Source: Deltaproteobacteria bacterium
GTDB lineage: Bacteria > Desulfobacterota > Dissulfuribacteria > Dissulfuribacterales > UBA3076
Reading direction: 5' to 3'
Length of the DNA stretch: 58,857 nucleotides
Assembly: GCA_027004715.1 (NCBI GenBank)
Contig: JALTHG010000065.1
Location: forward strand, 1-58,857
This document shows, one piece after another, positions 12,061-21,595 of the stretch (position 1 is the first letter of the stretch; each line of letters begins with the position of its first letter). Below the pieces are notes generated by a model. It was not told where the DNA came from. It worked only from the letters and a program-made list of their open reading frames with translations, and ran no database searches. A program made the position numbers and the translations under genes.

Positions 12061-12870
12061 TCACTTATCTTCCCTGGCCTTGACTGCTGACCATGCCCTA
12101 TCCATCTCTTCAAGAGAGCTGTTGCCCAGTTCCTTGCCTGTCTGATGTATCTGTTTCTCCATGGCATAAAAGCGGTCTACAAACCTGTTTGCCGAGTCCT
12201 GTAGGGCCTCCTCAGGATTTATGTCCAGGAGTCTGGAGAGGTTGGCTATGCTGAAGAGGAGATCTCCTATCTCCCAGGCCACTGCCTCCCTGTTGCCTCC
12301 AGCCATGGCCTCTCTGAGTTCCCCTTCCTCTTCTGCCACCTTTTCCCATACGTCCTCTGCTCTAGACCAGTCAAACCCCACCCTGGAAGCCCTCTCTCCC
12401 AATCGAAAGGCCCTTTGAAGCGCAGGCATAGACCTGGGCAGGTGCCCCAGACAACTGTATCTATCTCCCTTCTCTTTTGCCTCTCTGGCCTTTATGGCCT
12501 GCCAGTTGGCATTGAGCTCTTCTGGACTGCTGACGTGCAGGTCCCCATAGACGTGTGGATGACGTCTAATCATCTTTTCTGCAATTCCGTCTAGTATCTG
12601 TCCAAGAGAAAATCTCCCTGACTTCTCATATATATGCGCAAGGAGGAGCAACATAAACAAGAGGTCTCCTATCTCCTCTGCTACAGCACCTGGCCTCTTG
12701 TTGTCAATAGCATCTATGAGTTCATAGGCCTCTTCCAGGACATATTTCTTCAGAGAGAAAGGGGTCTGTTTTCTATCCCATGGACAGCCATCAGGGGCAG
12801 CAAGGCGTGCAACAATACCTCTGAGCCTGGCAAATTTCTCTTCTATATCTGAAATATCTGTTTTGTCCAT
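12061..12870 (-). CDS. mazG: Nucleoside triphosphate pyrophosphohydrolase MazG (tandem MazG domains)
   Basis: 269 aa with CPWDRKQT, two EExxE-type motifs (EEAYELIDAI, EEEGELREA) and HPHVYG. Confidence 0.9.
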   Translation of the reverse strand: MDKTDISDIEEKFARLRGIVARLAAPDGCPWDRKQTPFSLKKYVLEEAYELIDAIDNKRPGAVAEEIGDLLFMLLLLAHIYEKSGRFSLGQILDGIAEKMIRRHPHVYGDLHVSSPEELNANWQAIKAREAKEKGDRYSCLGHLPRSMPALQRAFRLGERASRVGFDWSRAEDVWEKVAEEEGELREAMAGGNREAVAWEIGDLLFSIANLSRLLDINPEEALQDSANRFVDRFYAMEKQIHQTGKELGNSSLEEMDRAWSAVKAREDK

Positions 12871-12923
12871 CTTGTTTTTGGGCCAGAGGATGGGCCCCTA
12901 CTGACCCAACGTAACCGTTCACA

Positions 12924-13835
12924 TCACCGGCCGCTAGCATGATGTGAAGAATTACGACCCAACAGGGCCATAAGTCTGACAGGATCCAATCTCTCTCCAA
13001 AGAGGCTTACTCCCCAGTGGAGGTGCGGTCCTGTGGCCCGCCCTGTGGCACCAGAGAGTCCGATCACCTCTCCACGTCTTACCCTCTGTCCCTCTCTGAC
13101 CCTAGAAGACATCAGGTGTACATACAGGGTATAGAGGCCTCCACCGTGGTCAAGGATAATGGTCTTGCCACAGAGGTAACAGTCTCTGACCAGGGCCACC
13201 CTCCCATAGTTTGATGCAAGGACAGGCGTACCCTGAGGGGCCCTCAGGTCTACACCTGAATGAGGGCTCCTGGGCCTGCCATTGAGTATCCGCCTGACCC
13301 CAAAGGGGCTGACGATCTTGGAGTGTATGGGCCATATAAAGGGCCTCTTCCAATAGAATCTCCTGGTCAGCCTGTCACAGGTCCTGTTGATGGCCCTTTG
13401 GTCTTCCAGCACACGCCTTAAGACCTCTGGCGTAAAGGTCACCATGCCCTCTGGTACAGTAAGGCGTTCCTCAGGGAATCTCCTTGCCATTACTGTGACC
13501 CTATATGGATATAGGCCAGGACTATCAGGACCTCGCCACCTGACAGTCAGGATGTGTGTTCCAGGTCTGCAGTCAAGGCCTATGCCAAGGAGTGCTGAGT
13601 AACTCTTGGTATTTAGATCGTGGCGGTATGGAATCTCCCTCCCAAGGAATCTGAGAGCAAGGTCCTTTATCCCGGCCTTTGTCTCTATAGTCACCAGTGC
13701 GAGCCCCCCAAGTGAGACCTTCTCTGGCTCCATATGGATAGAGACTGGGATGGCCTCTGCATTCTGTGCAGAGATCGGCAAAAGACATGCAGACAATATG
13801 AACAAGAAGGCTATAGAATATATCTTATGTCTCAT
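12924..13835 (-). CDS. M23 family metallopeptidase (secreted)
   Basis: 303 aa with a signal peptide and LytM motifs HSGVDLRAP, ILDHGGGLYTLYVHL and GPHLHWGV. Confidence 0.8.
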   Translation of the reverse strand: MRHKIYSIAFLFILSACLLPISAQNAEAIPVSIHMEPEKVSLGGLALVTIETKAGIKDLALRFLGREIPYRHDLNTKSYSALLGIGLDCRPGTHILTVRWRGPDSPGLYPYRVTVMARRFPEERLTVPEGMVTFTPEVLRRVLEDQRAINRTCDRLTRRFYWKRPFIWPIHSKIVSPFGVRRILNGRPRSPHSGVDLRAPQGTPVLASNYGRVALVRDCYLCGKTIILDHGGGLYTLYVHLMSSRVREGQRVRRGEVIGLSGATGRATGPHLHWGVSLFGERLDPVRLMALLGRNSSHHASGR

Positions 13836-15256
13836 ATTGACAGTTTATCCCTGTCTTCCTTAACAGACAACACCTTACATAAGATACTTCCCTTCTCAGG
13901 CCATATAAGGAGCTCTTCTCCCTCTGTGATCTGTTTATAGCTCTTTAAGATCTCCCCACCTGGAACACGATAGACCAGGCTATAGCCCCTGGCAAGGACT
14001 GCAAGTGGACTCACTGCCTCCAGTTCCTTAGAGAGTGCAGTCAGGGACTGACGCCTCCTCTCAAGGGATACCAGGGCAGACCTTATCAGACGTTGTAATA
14101 GACTGGAAAGGGTAGTCTCTTGCATGGCGATCCGTCTCTCTGGGCCTGCTGCCATAAGCCTTTCCTGGAGATCTGAGCATATCTGAGAGAGGGAGGCCAT
14201 CTGGGTCTGCATGGTCCTCAACAACCTGCCATTGAGTTCATCATGACTGAGTCTCAGCTCCATAAGCCTCCTCTTTGGGTCTTTCAGGTGCTGTGTCAGC
14301 ATCTGGACCCTATGCCTCTTGGCCTCTATTATGTGAGTGAGCGAGAGGGTCATCCGCCTGAAGGAGACTATAAGCCTGTTCATTAGCTCCTCTCTGGATG
14401 GAAAGAGGAGCTGGCCTGCTGCAGTGGGTGTGGCGGCCCTCTGATCTGCCACAAAGTCTGAGATCGTAAAGTCTATCTCGTGGCCTATGGCCGAGACCAC
14501 AGGTATTGGACAGTCAAAGATTGCATGTGCCAGGGCCTCGCTGTTGAATGCCCACAGGTCTTCTATAGAACCACCTCCTCGAGTGAGCAGTATGACATCA
14601 CCCTTTCCTGCAACCTCCTGCGCGAGCTCCATGGCACTGATGATCTCTCTATATGCACCCTCTCCCTGTACCCTTGTGGGACAGAGGACTATGTCTGCCC
14701 CTGGATACCGCTTTCTGACTGTCCTGACAAAGTCTCGAATTGCCGCACCACCTGGAGATGTAATGACAAAGACCCTGTGAGGGAGAAACGGAATAGATAC
14801 CTTGTGGGCTGAGGAAAATAGGCCTTCTTTGGCCAGCTGCTCCTTCAGTCGCTCAAAGGCCAGTTGCAGTGTCCCCTTTCCTCCAGGTTCTACAAGGTCT
14901 GCCACCAACTGGAGGTCTCCCCTGCCTCTATAGATATTGAGTCTACCAAGACATATCACATGTTGGCCATCTTCCAGATTAAATGAGAGACGTATAGCCT
15001 GAGACCTGAAGAGCACTGTCCTGATCTGGGACCGATCGTCCTTCAGGGTAAAGTAGCAGTGTCCAGAAGAGGGCCTCCTGAGATTGGATATCTCTCCCTC
15101 TACCCAAAATAGATCAAACAGGTCCAGTCTGTCTTGGACCATGCCCAAGAGCTCTGTGACCTGCCAGACCTTCCTGCCAATAGATGGGATATCTGGAGGT
15201 GTAAGGTCCTCTAAGAGGGATTGGGGAAAGAGTTTATCTATATAATCTTCTGACAT
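13832..15256 (-). CDS. xseA: Exodeoxyribonuclease VII large subunit
   Basis: 474 aa with an N-terminal OB fold (GEISN..RPSSGHCYFTLKD), RGGGSIEDLWAFN and a C-terminal coiled coil. Confidence 0.9.
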   Translation of the reverse strand: MSEDYIDKLFPQSLLEDLTPPDIPSIGRKVWQVTELLGMVQDRLDLFDLFWVEGEISNLRRPSSGHCYFTLKDDRSQIRTVLFRSQAIRLSFNLEDGQHVICLGRLNIYRGRGDLQLVADLVEPGGKGTLQLAFERLKEQLAKEGLFSSAHKVSIPFLPHRVFVITSPGGAAIRDFVRTVRKRYPGADIVLCPTRVQGEGAYREIISAMELAQEVAGKGDVILLTRGGGSIEDLWAFNSEALAHAIFDCPIPVVSAIGHEIDFTISDFVADQRAATPTAAGQLLFPSREELMNRLIVSFRRMTLSLTHIIEAKRHRVQMLTQHLKDPKRRLMELRLSHDELNGRLLRTMQTQMASLSQICSDLQERLMAAGPERRIAMQETTLSSLLQRLIRSALVSLERRRQSLTALSKELEAVSPLAVLARGYSLVYRVPGGEILKSYKQITEGEELLIWPEKGSILCKVLSVKEDRDKLSI

Positions 15257-15277
15257 CAGAGCCCTACAAATTTTTTG

Positions 15278-15298
15278 TTATGCCTCGTAAGGGCATAA
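15278..15298. promoter_or_regulatory. Perfect palindrome TTATGCC-N7-GGCATAA in the divergent xseA / DUF1844-ispE promoter region (candidate operator or small hairpin)
   Basis: Read directly: ttatgcc tcgtaag ggcataa. It lies about 20 nt upstream of the xseA start codon. Confidence 0.3.
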
Positions 15299-15421
15299 TA
15301 TTCCAATATATAGGCCTTATAAAGAGATGAGGCAATACTTGCCCAAGAGAGATTTATGTTCTAAAATAATCTGGCCAGGCTATAGACTACAAAATGTCTA
15401 TGAGATTTAGGGGGAAAGCTT

Positions 15422-15766
15422 ATGGGTCAAGGTAATAGGGAAGATAATACAGAAAAGACCTCTGGCCAACAGGAGGGATCTTGTGGGTCAAAGAGAGCTT
15501 CGGTCTCTCTCCCTAAGGTAAATTTTTCTACTTTTATACTCTCTCTCAATACTTCAGCACTTGTCCATTTGGGTGAATTGCCTGAAATTGGCACGGATAA
15601 AAAAAAGAAGGACCTTGTTTTGGCCCAACAGACTATTGATACCCTGGCCATGCTCCAGGAGAGGACAGCCGGGAATCTTGATGAAGACGAAAAGGGGCTT
15701 TTAGAGCACATACTCTTTGATCTGCGAATGAAATTTGTCAAGGCCTCATTCCAATCCTCTATATGA
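15422..15766 (+). CDS. DUF1844 domain protein
   Basis: 114 aa. The pattern VNFSTFILSLNTSALVHLGE...DLVLAQQTIDTLAMLQERTAGNL..EE..LLEHILFDLRMKFV matches my memory of DUF1844. It overlaps ispE by 4 nt. Confidence 0.6.
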   Translation: MGQGNREDNTEKTSGQQEGSCGSKRASVSLPKVNFSTFILSLNTSALVHLGELPEIGTDKKKKDLVLAQQTIDTLAMLQERTAGNLDEDEKGLLEHILFDLRMKFVKASFQSSI

Positions 15767-16593
15767 ATTCCCTGAACCTTCTGGCCCCTGCCAAGATAAA
15801 CCTATTTCTATTGATACAGGGCCAGCGTCCAGATGGCTATCACCTTATATTTACGCTCTTTCAGAAGGTCTCTCTATGGGACGAGATCGTACTCTCAATA
15901 GCCCATAGAGAGAGGGGGATCTATCTGGAATGCCCTAACAGTAACCTGAGTTCAGGCCCAGATAACCTGGCATATCGGGCAGCTGCACTCTTTCTGAGAG
16001 AGACTGGCCTGGACCTCCAGGTAAAAATAGTCCTGAAAAAGGCGATTCCAGTAGGTGGAGGCCTGGGAGGGGGCAGCAGTGATGCGGCCTCTGTACTCAG
16101 GGGTCTGAATGAGCTGGCAGGTCTCCCGCTTGGCCCTTCAGATCTCCATCTATTGGCCTCCAGTCTTGGGGCAGATGTGCCATTTTTTCTCTTGGAGGCA
16201 CCGGCAGCTATAGGGAGAGACATTGGTACTGACTTAGAGGTGATATCTACTGCCCATAGATGGTATGTCCTGGTCTATCCAGGATTCCCCATAAGTACCA
16301 GATGGGTATATAGCCAATATGTATTGACAAGCCAGGATAGGGACACTACTTTTGGCACCAATAGGACTGAGACCGTTATGTGGCAGAATGACCTAGAAGG
16401 CCTGGTTATGGCCAGATACCCAGAAATCGCACAGATCAAGGCAGGGCTTGTATCTTATGGAGCTGAGGCAGCCTTGATGTCAGGGAGTGGGTCCACGGTC
16501 TTTGGAGCCTTTTTATCTAAACCAGATGCCCTTATGGCAGTCTCTGGTCTTGAGGCCAATGGGCTTAATGTCTCCCTGGTAGAATCTCTATAA
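15763..16593 (+). CDS. ispE: 4-diphosphocytidyl-2-C-methyl-D-erythritol kinase
   Basis: 276 aa with APAKINLFL and the GHMP kinase motif PVGGGLGGGSSDAAS. Confidence 0.9.
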   Translation: MNSLNLLAPAKINLFLLIQGQRPDGYHLIFTLFQKVSLWDEIVLSIAHRERGIYLECPNSNLSSGPDNLAYRAAALFLRETGLDLQVKIVLKKAIPVGGGLGGGSSDAASVLRGLNELAGLPLGPSDLHLLASSLGADVPFFLLEAPAAIGRDIGTDLEVISTAHRWYVLVYPGFPISTRWVYSQYVLTSQDRDTTFGTNRTETVMWQNDLEGLVMARYPEIAQIKAGLVSYGAEAALMSGSGSTVFGAFLSKPDALMAVSGLEANGLNVSLVESL

Positions 16594-16608
16594 ATAGAAG
16601 AGGATTAC

Positions 16609-16683
16609 TGGGGTGTCGTCAAGCGGTAAGACACGGGCCTTTGGAGCCCGCATTCGGAGGTTCGAATCCTCCCACCCCAGCCA
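16609..16683 (+). tRNA. tRNA-Gln (anticodon UUG)
   Basis: 75-nt cloverleaf: acceptor TGGGGTG/CACCCCA, anticodon stem CGGGC/GCCCG with loop CTTTGGA, T arm GGAGG-TTCGAAT-CCTCC, discriminator G and encoded CCA. Confidence 0.9.
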
Positions 16684-16724
16684 GCATTGGTCTCTGTCTG
16701 AGATAGGATATATACATAAGGAAG

Positions 16725-17669
16725 ATGTCAATAAATCAGATGAAAATCTTTAGTGGAAATGCCAATCCTGCATTGGCCCAAGAGATCTGTGACTATCTCA
16801 GCCTGCCTCTTGGCATGGCATCTGTATGTACCTTCAGTGATGGCGAGGTGTACGTGGAGATAGGAGAAAACGTAAGGGGTACGGACGTATTTGTGATCCA
16901 ACCTACATGCCCTCCTGTAGACCACCATGTGATGGAGCTCCTCATAATGATAGATGCCTTGAGAAGGGCATCTGCCAGGAGAATCACTGCAGTATTGCCT
17001 TATTATGGTTATGCCAGACAGGACCGAAAGGCGGCCCCAAGGGTACCTATCTCTGCCAAACTCGTAGCAGATATCATCACTGTGGCCGGTGCCAGGAGGG
17101 TACTTGCCATGGACCTCCATGCTACCCAGATCCAGGGCTTCTTTAGCATTCCAGTAGATCATCTCTTTGCTGCACCTATATTACTCAAATATCTCAAGAA
17201 GAGGTTTACAAATGATGTCGTGATGGTATCTCCTGATGCAGGCGGTGTAGAGAGGACCAGGGCCTTTGCAAAGAGGTTGGGTGCGGGTCTGGCCATAATT
17301 GATAAGCGCAGAGAGCGTCCTAATGAGTCGCATGTAATGAACATTATAGGAGATGTAAAGGGAAAAGTTGCCATTATACTGGACGATATGGTAGATACTG
17401 CAGGGACTCTCTGTAAGGCAACAGAGGCCCTTAAAGAACATGGGGCCAAGGAGGTCCATGCATGTGCTACACATCCAGTACTTTCAGGTCCTGCAATAGA
17501 CAGGATCAAGAGATCTGCCCTTGAGTCTCTGGTAGTCACCAATACCATTCCATTGAGAGAAGAGGCCAGAAAAATTAATAAAATTAAGGTATTGTCAGTA
17601 TCTGGTCTCTTAGGAGAGGCCATCAGACGTATACATAATGATGATTCTGTAAGTCTATTATTTGTCTAG
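16725..17669 (+). CDS. prs: Ribose-phosphate diphosphokinase (PRPP synthetase)
   Basis: 314 aa with [33 protein letters not shown] and [11 protein letters not shown]. Confidence 0.95.
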   Translation: MSINQMKIFSGNANPALAQEICDYLSLPLGMASVCTFSDGEVYVEIGENVRGTDVFVIQPTCPPVDHHVMELLIMIDALRRASARRITAVLPYYGYARQDRKAAPRVPISAKLVADIITVAGARRVLAMDLHATQIQGFFSIPVDHLFAAPILLKYLKKRFTNDVVMVSPDAGGVERTRAFAKRLGAGLAIIDKRRERPNESHVMNIIGDVKGKVAIILDDMVDTAGTLCKATEALKEHGAKEVHACATHPVLSGPAIDRIKRSALESLVVTNTIPLREEARKINKIKVLSVSGLLGEAIRRIHNDDSVSLLFV

Positions 17670-17684
17670 GAAGGGACTTTTTCA

Positions 17685-18320
17685 ATGAAACAGGTAGTAT
17701 TAGATGCCCAGATACGTATGGAGGCAGGAAAGGGGATAGCCCGCAGGCTTCGTCGGGCAGGCCAGATCCCTGGAGTGCTCTATGGGCCCAAGATCCATCC
17801 CATATCTCTCTCAATAGATGCCCACAAGTTTAACAAGCTCTTGAGTTCGGCAAGAGGAGAGAGGATACTCTTTATACTGAATTTAAAAGGGAATGGAGAT
17901 AGTGGGCGTCATACTGCCCTTATTAAGGAGCTCCAGTTGCATCCAGTAACTGACCAGATCCGCCATATCGATTTCTATGAGATACTCATGGATGAAGAGG
18001 TAGAAGTTGAGGTGCCCATTGTCACAGTAGGAGAGGCCAGGGGTGTTGAACAAGACATGGGTGTCTTGGAAATTATTCAGCGGACAGTCAGGATATCTTG
18101 CCTCCCAATGGCCATCCCAAAAGAGATCGAGATCGATGTCTCTGGACTTGGCCTGGGAGATGCCATACATGTAGCAGACATAGCACATCAGGAAGGCATC
18201 CGCCTGTTAGATGATCCTGAGACGACTCTAATAACTGTTGGGAGTCCAGAGGTCGAGAAGGGAGAAAGAGAAGAAGGGCCTGAGCTTGAGGAAGAGATGG
18301 AAGAAGGGCCCACAAGATAG
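17685..18320 (+). CDS. rplY: 50S ribosomal protein L25 / general stress protein Ctc (long form)
   Basis: 211 aa with RRAGQIPGVLYG, HPVTDQIRHIDF and an acidic C-terminal tail. Confidence 0.9.
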   Translation: MKQVVLDAQIRMEAGKGIARRLRRAGQIPGVLYGPKIHPISLSIDAHKFNKLLSSARGERILFILNLKGNGDSGRHTALIKELQLHPVTDQIRHIDFYEILMDEEVEVEVPIVTVGEARGVEQDMGVLEIIQRTVRISCLPMAIPKEIEIDVSGLGLGDAIHVADIAHQEGIRLLDDPETTLITVGSPEVEKGEREEGPELEEEMEEGPTR

Positions 18321-18460
18321 TCTTCGATGGCCTGTAGTGGTGAAGATGTGGAGTTGGGTCTCAGGAGCAGCCTGATGCACAGGATCAGACACCTTGCCTG
18401 TTAATCGACATATGCGGTTCAACAGGGCTTGAACGGTTATCCATAGACTGGGGATCGATT

Positions 18461-19066
18461 TTGTACAGAATCCTTGTGGCAGGTCTTGGAAATCCCGGCC
18501 CTCGATATAGATATACCCGGCACAATATAGGCTTTACAATCCTGGACCGTGTGGCCTCTCAATACAGTCTGAGTTTTGTCTTCCATAGAGAGGCACCTCA
18601 CTATGAGAGTGTATTCTGGACCCTTGAGGGTATCTCTATTATGTTGCTTAAGCCCCTCACCTATATGAACAGGAGTGGTGAGGCCGTTGCCTCTGTCTTC
18701 AACTCCTACAAGATCCCATTAGAGAGACTCTTGGTGATACATGATGATCTGGAACTGCCCTTAGGACGGCTCAAGTTTGTACGTGGTGGGGGTGCTGGAG
18801 GACATAATGGGATTAGATCGATCATAGATTCCATAGGCAGCAGGAGATTTCCTCGCCTAAAGATCGGCATAGGGAGGCCCAGTGGCCCTGTCCCCATAGA
18901 TAAGTATGTGTTGTCATCCTTTTATCAGGGAGAGATCCAGACAGTAGATAAGGTAGTTGATTTTGCTGTCAATGCCTTGATATATTTTACAAAAAATGGA
19001 ATTGATTCTGCCATGAATGAATTTAATGGCCTGAATATATCAGGGCCAGGAGCTCCCCGGCCTTAG
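18461..19066 (+). CDS. pth: Peptidyl-tRNA hydrolase
   Basis: 201 aa with LVAGLGNPG..Y..TRHNIGF, YMNRSG and GHNGIRS. It has a TTG start, and a 140-nt spacer separates it from rplY. Confidence 0.9.
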   Translation: MYRILVAGLGNPGPRYRYTRHNIGFTILDRVASQYSLSFVFHREAPHYESVFWTLEGISIMLLKPLTYMNRSGEAVASVFNSYKIPLERLLVIHDDLELPLGRLKFVRGGGAGGHNGIRSIIDSIGSRRFPRLKIGIGRPSGPVPIDKYVLSSFYQGEIQTVDKVVDFAVNALIYFTKNGIDSAMNEFNGLNISGPGAPRP

Positions 19067-19078
19067 CAGGAGGAATAG

Positions 19079-20428
19079 ATGGGCAAATTCTTTGGTTATA
19101 TTGCATTCCTTGTCTTTATAGCCCTCATAGGTGCTGGGGGCATCCTGGGATATTTTCTCCTGGAGGGAGTACCTCCAAGACTGGAGGTAAGCCCAGTCCC
19201 GAAAGTAATAGGGAGAAAATGTACCTTTACAGTCAAGGCCATTGATAGACGGAGTGGACTGAGTTATATCTCTGCCACCCTGGTCCAAAGAGGCAGGGTC
19301 ATCAGACTTGGGTCAAAGACATATAGACACAGAGAGTGGTGGAGAGGGTCAGGGATAAAAGAAGATAAGATCTCCTGGACTATCAGACCGATTGAATTGG
19401 GCCTGTCTCAGGGAGATGCCCTGCTCCAGGTCTGTGCAAGAGATTCATCTTGGCGAAATGATCTCAAGGGGAATGAGCTGGTCTGGAAGGACAGGGTCCA
19501 GATAGACACAACACCACCTCAAATAGGTCTGGAGAGCACTGTCCACAATATAAGGATAGGTGGGTCTGGTCTTATATGTTATAGAGTAAACAAACCAGTA
19601 ACCAGGACCGGGGTCTGGATAGATCAACACTTTTTCCCGGCCTATCCAGGGCCAGGCGGAAAGGAGGGCATATATGTAGCCATGGTGGCGTTGCCCTTTG
19701 ATGCCACCAGACCAAAACGGGTATTTATCGAGGCCGTGGATCAGGCAGGGAATATCGCCAGGGCCTGTTTCCCTTACCGTATCCTCCCCAGGGGATTAAG
19801 GGTATGTAGGATTGATATATCAGATCAATTTCTTGATCAAAAGATGCCTGAGTTTATGGCCAGATATCCTGATTTAAAGGGCCCTCTCCCAGAGGTCTTT
19901 CTCAAGGTAAATACAGAGATCAGACGTCGTAACAATGCAGAGATCAGGAGCTACTGTAGGAAGAGTGTCCCCCATATGCTCTGGCATGGGAGATTTGAGC
20001 GTCTTCCAGGGTCGGCATTTGAGGCAGGATTTGGAGACGAGCGCCACTATTTTTACAGGGGCAAGGAGATCGATCGGGAATTCCATATGGGTGTAGACCT
20101 TGCTTCTGTTGCGCATGCCAAAATCCCAGCAGGGAATGACGGTATAGTTGTGTTCGCAGGCTATCTTGGAATCTATGGGAATACAGTAATTTTGGATCAT
20201 GGTCTTGGCCTATTTAGTATGTACTCCCATATGAATGAGATCCGGGTGTCAGTAGGTGATAAGGTAGAGCGAGGAGAGACTATAGGGATCACAGATAGCA
20301 CTGGACTTGCAGGTGGAGATCACTTACATTATGGAATGTTGGTCAGTGGGGTATTTGTAAACCCAATGGAGTGGTGGGATCAAAAATGGATACAAGACCA
20401 CATCCTGGCCAACATAGCTACACATTGA
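19079..20428 (+). CDS. M23 family metallopeptidase with N-terminal membrane anchor
   Basis: 449 aa with an N-terminal TM and C-terminal LytM motifs HMGVDLAS, ILDHGLGLFSMYSHM and GDHLHYGM. Confidence 0.75.
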   Translation: MGKFFGYIAFLVFIALIGAGGILGYFLLEGVPPRLEVSPVPKVIGRKCTFTVKAIDRRSGLSYISATLVQRGRVIRLGSKTYRHREWWRGSGIKEDKISWTIRPIELGLSQGDALLQVCARDSSWRNDLKGNELVWKDRVQIDTTPPQIGLESTVHNIRIGGSGLICYRVNKPVTRTGVWIDQHFFPAYPGPGGKEGIYVAMVALPFDATRPKRVFIEAVDQAGNIARACFPYRILPRGLRVCRIDISDQFLDQKMPEFMARYPDLKGPLPEVFLKVNTEIRRRNNAEIRSYCRKSVPHMLWHGRFERLPGSAFEAGFGDERHYFYRGKEIDREFHMGVDLASVAHAKIPAGNDGIVVFAGYLGIYGNTVILDHGLGLFSMYSHMNEIRVSVGDKVERGETIGITDSTGLAGGDHLHYGMLVSGVFVNPMEWWDQKWIQDHILANIATH

Positions 20429-20464
20429 TTATAGCTTATCGATAGAGATCAGGAGGGAGATCTA

Positions 20465-20932
20465 ATGGATATATCTCTAGTGTTGGTACCTGTAGATTTT
20501 TCAGATTCTGCTGTAAGTGCATTAAAGTATGCAAAAAAGATGGGGCCTTTATGGAAGGCAGAATTTGTGTTCATTCACGTCGTAGACTCACGTGATGTCA
20601 TCCGTATAGCTAACTATACAAAAGAGCCCGGTGAAGAGGTAAGGGAGAGGCTTACAAATCAGGCCAAGCAGAACCTCCGCCACTTCTTGAGCGATTGGGA
20701 GAGTAATAACCTGGTAAAAGAGACTATTGTATCCTATGGTTATCCATTTCAGGAGATTGCCATAAAGGCCAGGGAGCTACAGACAGACCTCATCTTGATG
20801 GGTGGCTATGGAAGTAAAGGCAAAGGAGAGATAGAGGAGATCTTCTTTGGCAGCACAGTAGAAAAGGTAGTCCGCATCTTACCCTGCCCTGTACTCTGTG
20901 TGCCTATGGGGTGGTCTGATGAGAGTATCTAA
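20465..20932 (+). CDS. Universal stress protein (UspA family)
   Basis: 155 aa with LVPVDFSDSA, DLILMG and GSTVEKVVRILPCPVLCV. Confidence 0.8.
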   Translation: MDISLVLVPVDFSDSAVSALKYAKKMGPLWKAEFVFIHVVDSRDVIRIANYTKEPGEEVRERLTNQAKQNLRHFLSDWESNNLVKETIVSYGYPFQEIAIKARELQTDLILMGGYGSKGKGEIEEIFFGSTVEKVVRILPCPVLCVPMGWSDESI

Positions 20933-20935
20933 GGA

Positions 20936-21406
20936 CTAGACAAAGATCTCTAATATCTCATAATTCCTGATCCCTCCAGGTGTGCGGATTGTGACTTCAT
21001 CTCCCTCATACTTTCCTATCAGGGCCTGGCCTAAAGGAGATCTGACAGAGATCTTTCCTCTCTTTATATCAGATTCATCTGGACCTACTATTCTATAGAC
21101 GCACCTCTCTCCACTGTCGAGATTTTCCAGTCTCACCTTTACACCAAATACTACTCGCTCGCAGTCCTGATTTTTACAATCTATTACCTCTGCTGAATCT
21201 AACTTATTATGGAGATACTGGATACGGCCTTCGATTTGGGCCTGGCGTTCCTTTGCAGCATCATATTCTGCGTTCTCGCTCAAATCACCGTGGGCCCTGG
21301 CCACTTCAATCGCCTTAATCACTTTGGCCCTCTCTACCTTTTCCAGGTTCTCTAATTCCTTTTTAAGCCTCCTGTAACCCTCTACTGTAAATGGAGTTCG
21401 CTCCAT
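20936..21406 (-). CDS. greA: Transcription elongation factor GreA
   Basis: 156 aa with ARAHGDLSENAEYDAAKERQ and a C-terminal ISVRSPLGQALIGK pattern. Confidence 0.95.
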   Translation of the reverse strand: MERTPFTVEGYRRLKKELENLEKVERAKVIKAIEVARAHGDLSENAEYDAAKERQAQIEGRIQYLHNKLDSAEVIDCKNQDCERVVFGVKVRLENLDSGERCVYRIVGPDESDIKRGKISVRSPLGQALIGKYEGDEVTIRTPGGIRNYEILEIFV

Positions 21407-21485
21407 ATAGTTATCCTCCTAAGGGATGACAAAATTTCTAGACTAAAAGATACCAGAATAGGGCCTGGATGCAAGCTATTGTCAT

Positions 21486-21544
21486 GACTTCTCAATAGTC
21501 ACGGCAGGTCTTATAAGCGGTCTCGTAGTTGCCAGGATGAAGTC
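21486..21544. repeat. Decayed mini-copy of the adjacent TIR element
   Basis: gACTTCTCAATAgtc...GTTGCCAGgatGAAGTC shares the ACTTCTCAATA 11-mer, the GTTGCCAG 8-mer and GACTTC/GAAGTC inverted ends with the 155-bp element 50 nt downstream. It lacks the GC-rich hairpin. Confidence 0.45.
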
Positions 21545-21595
21545 TCCAATTTATATTCTAATAGGGTATCAATTCATATCTGAGAGGCCATCTTT

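Noticed and set aside
18321-18460. 140-nt rplY-pth spacer, examined for an ncRNA, riboswitch or extended pth N-terminus.
   Set aside because: Only weak 5-7-bp stems are present. There is no ATG, GTG or TTG in frame upstream of the pth TTG after the stop at 18341, and no recognisable RNA family motif. The evidence is insufficient to call a feature.
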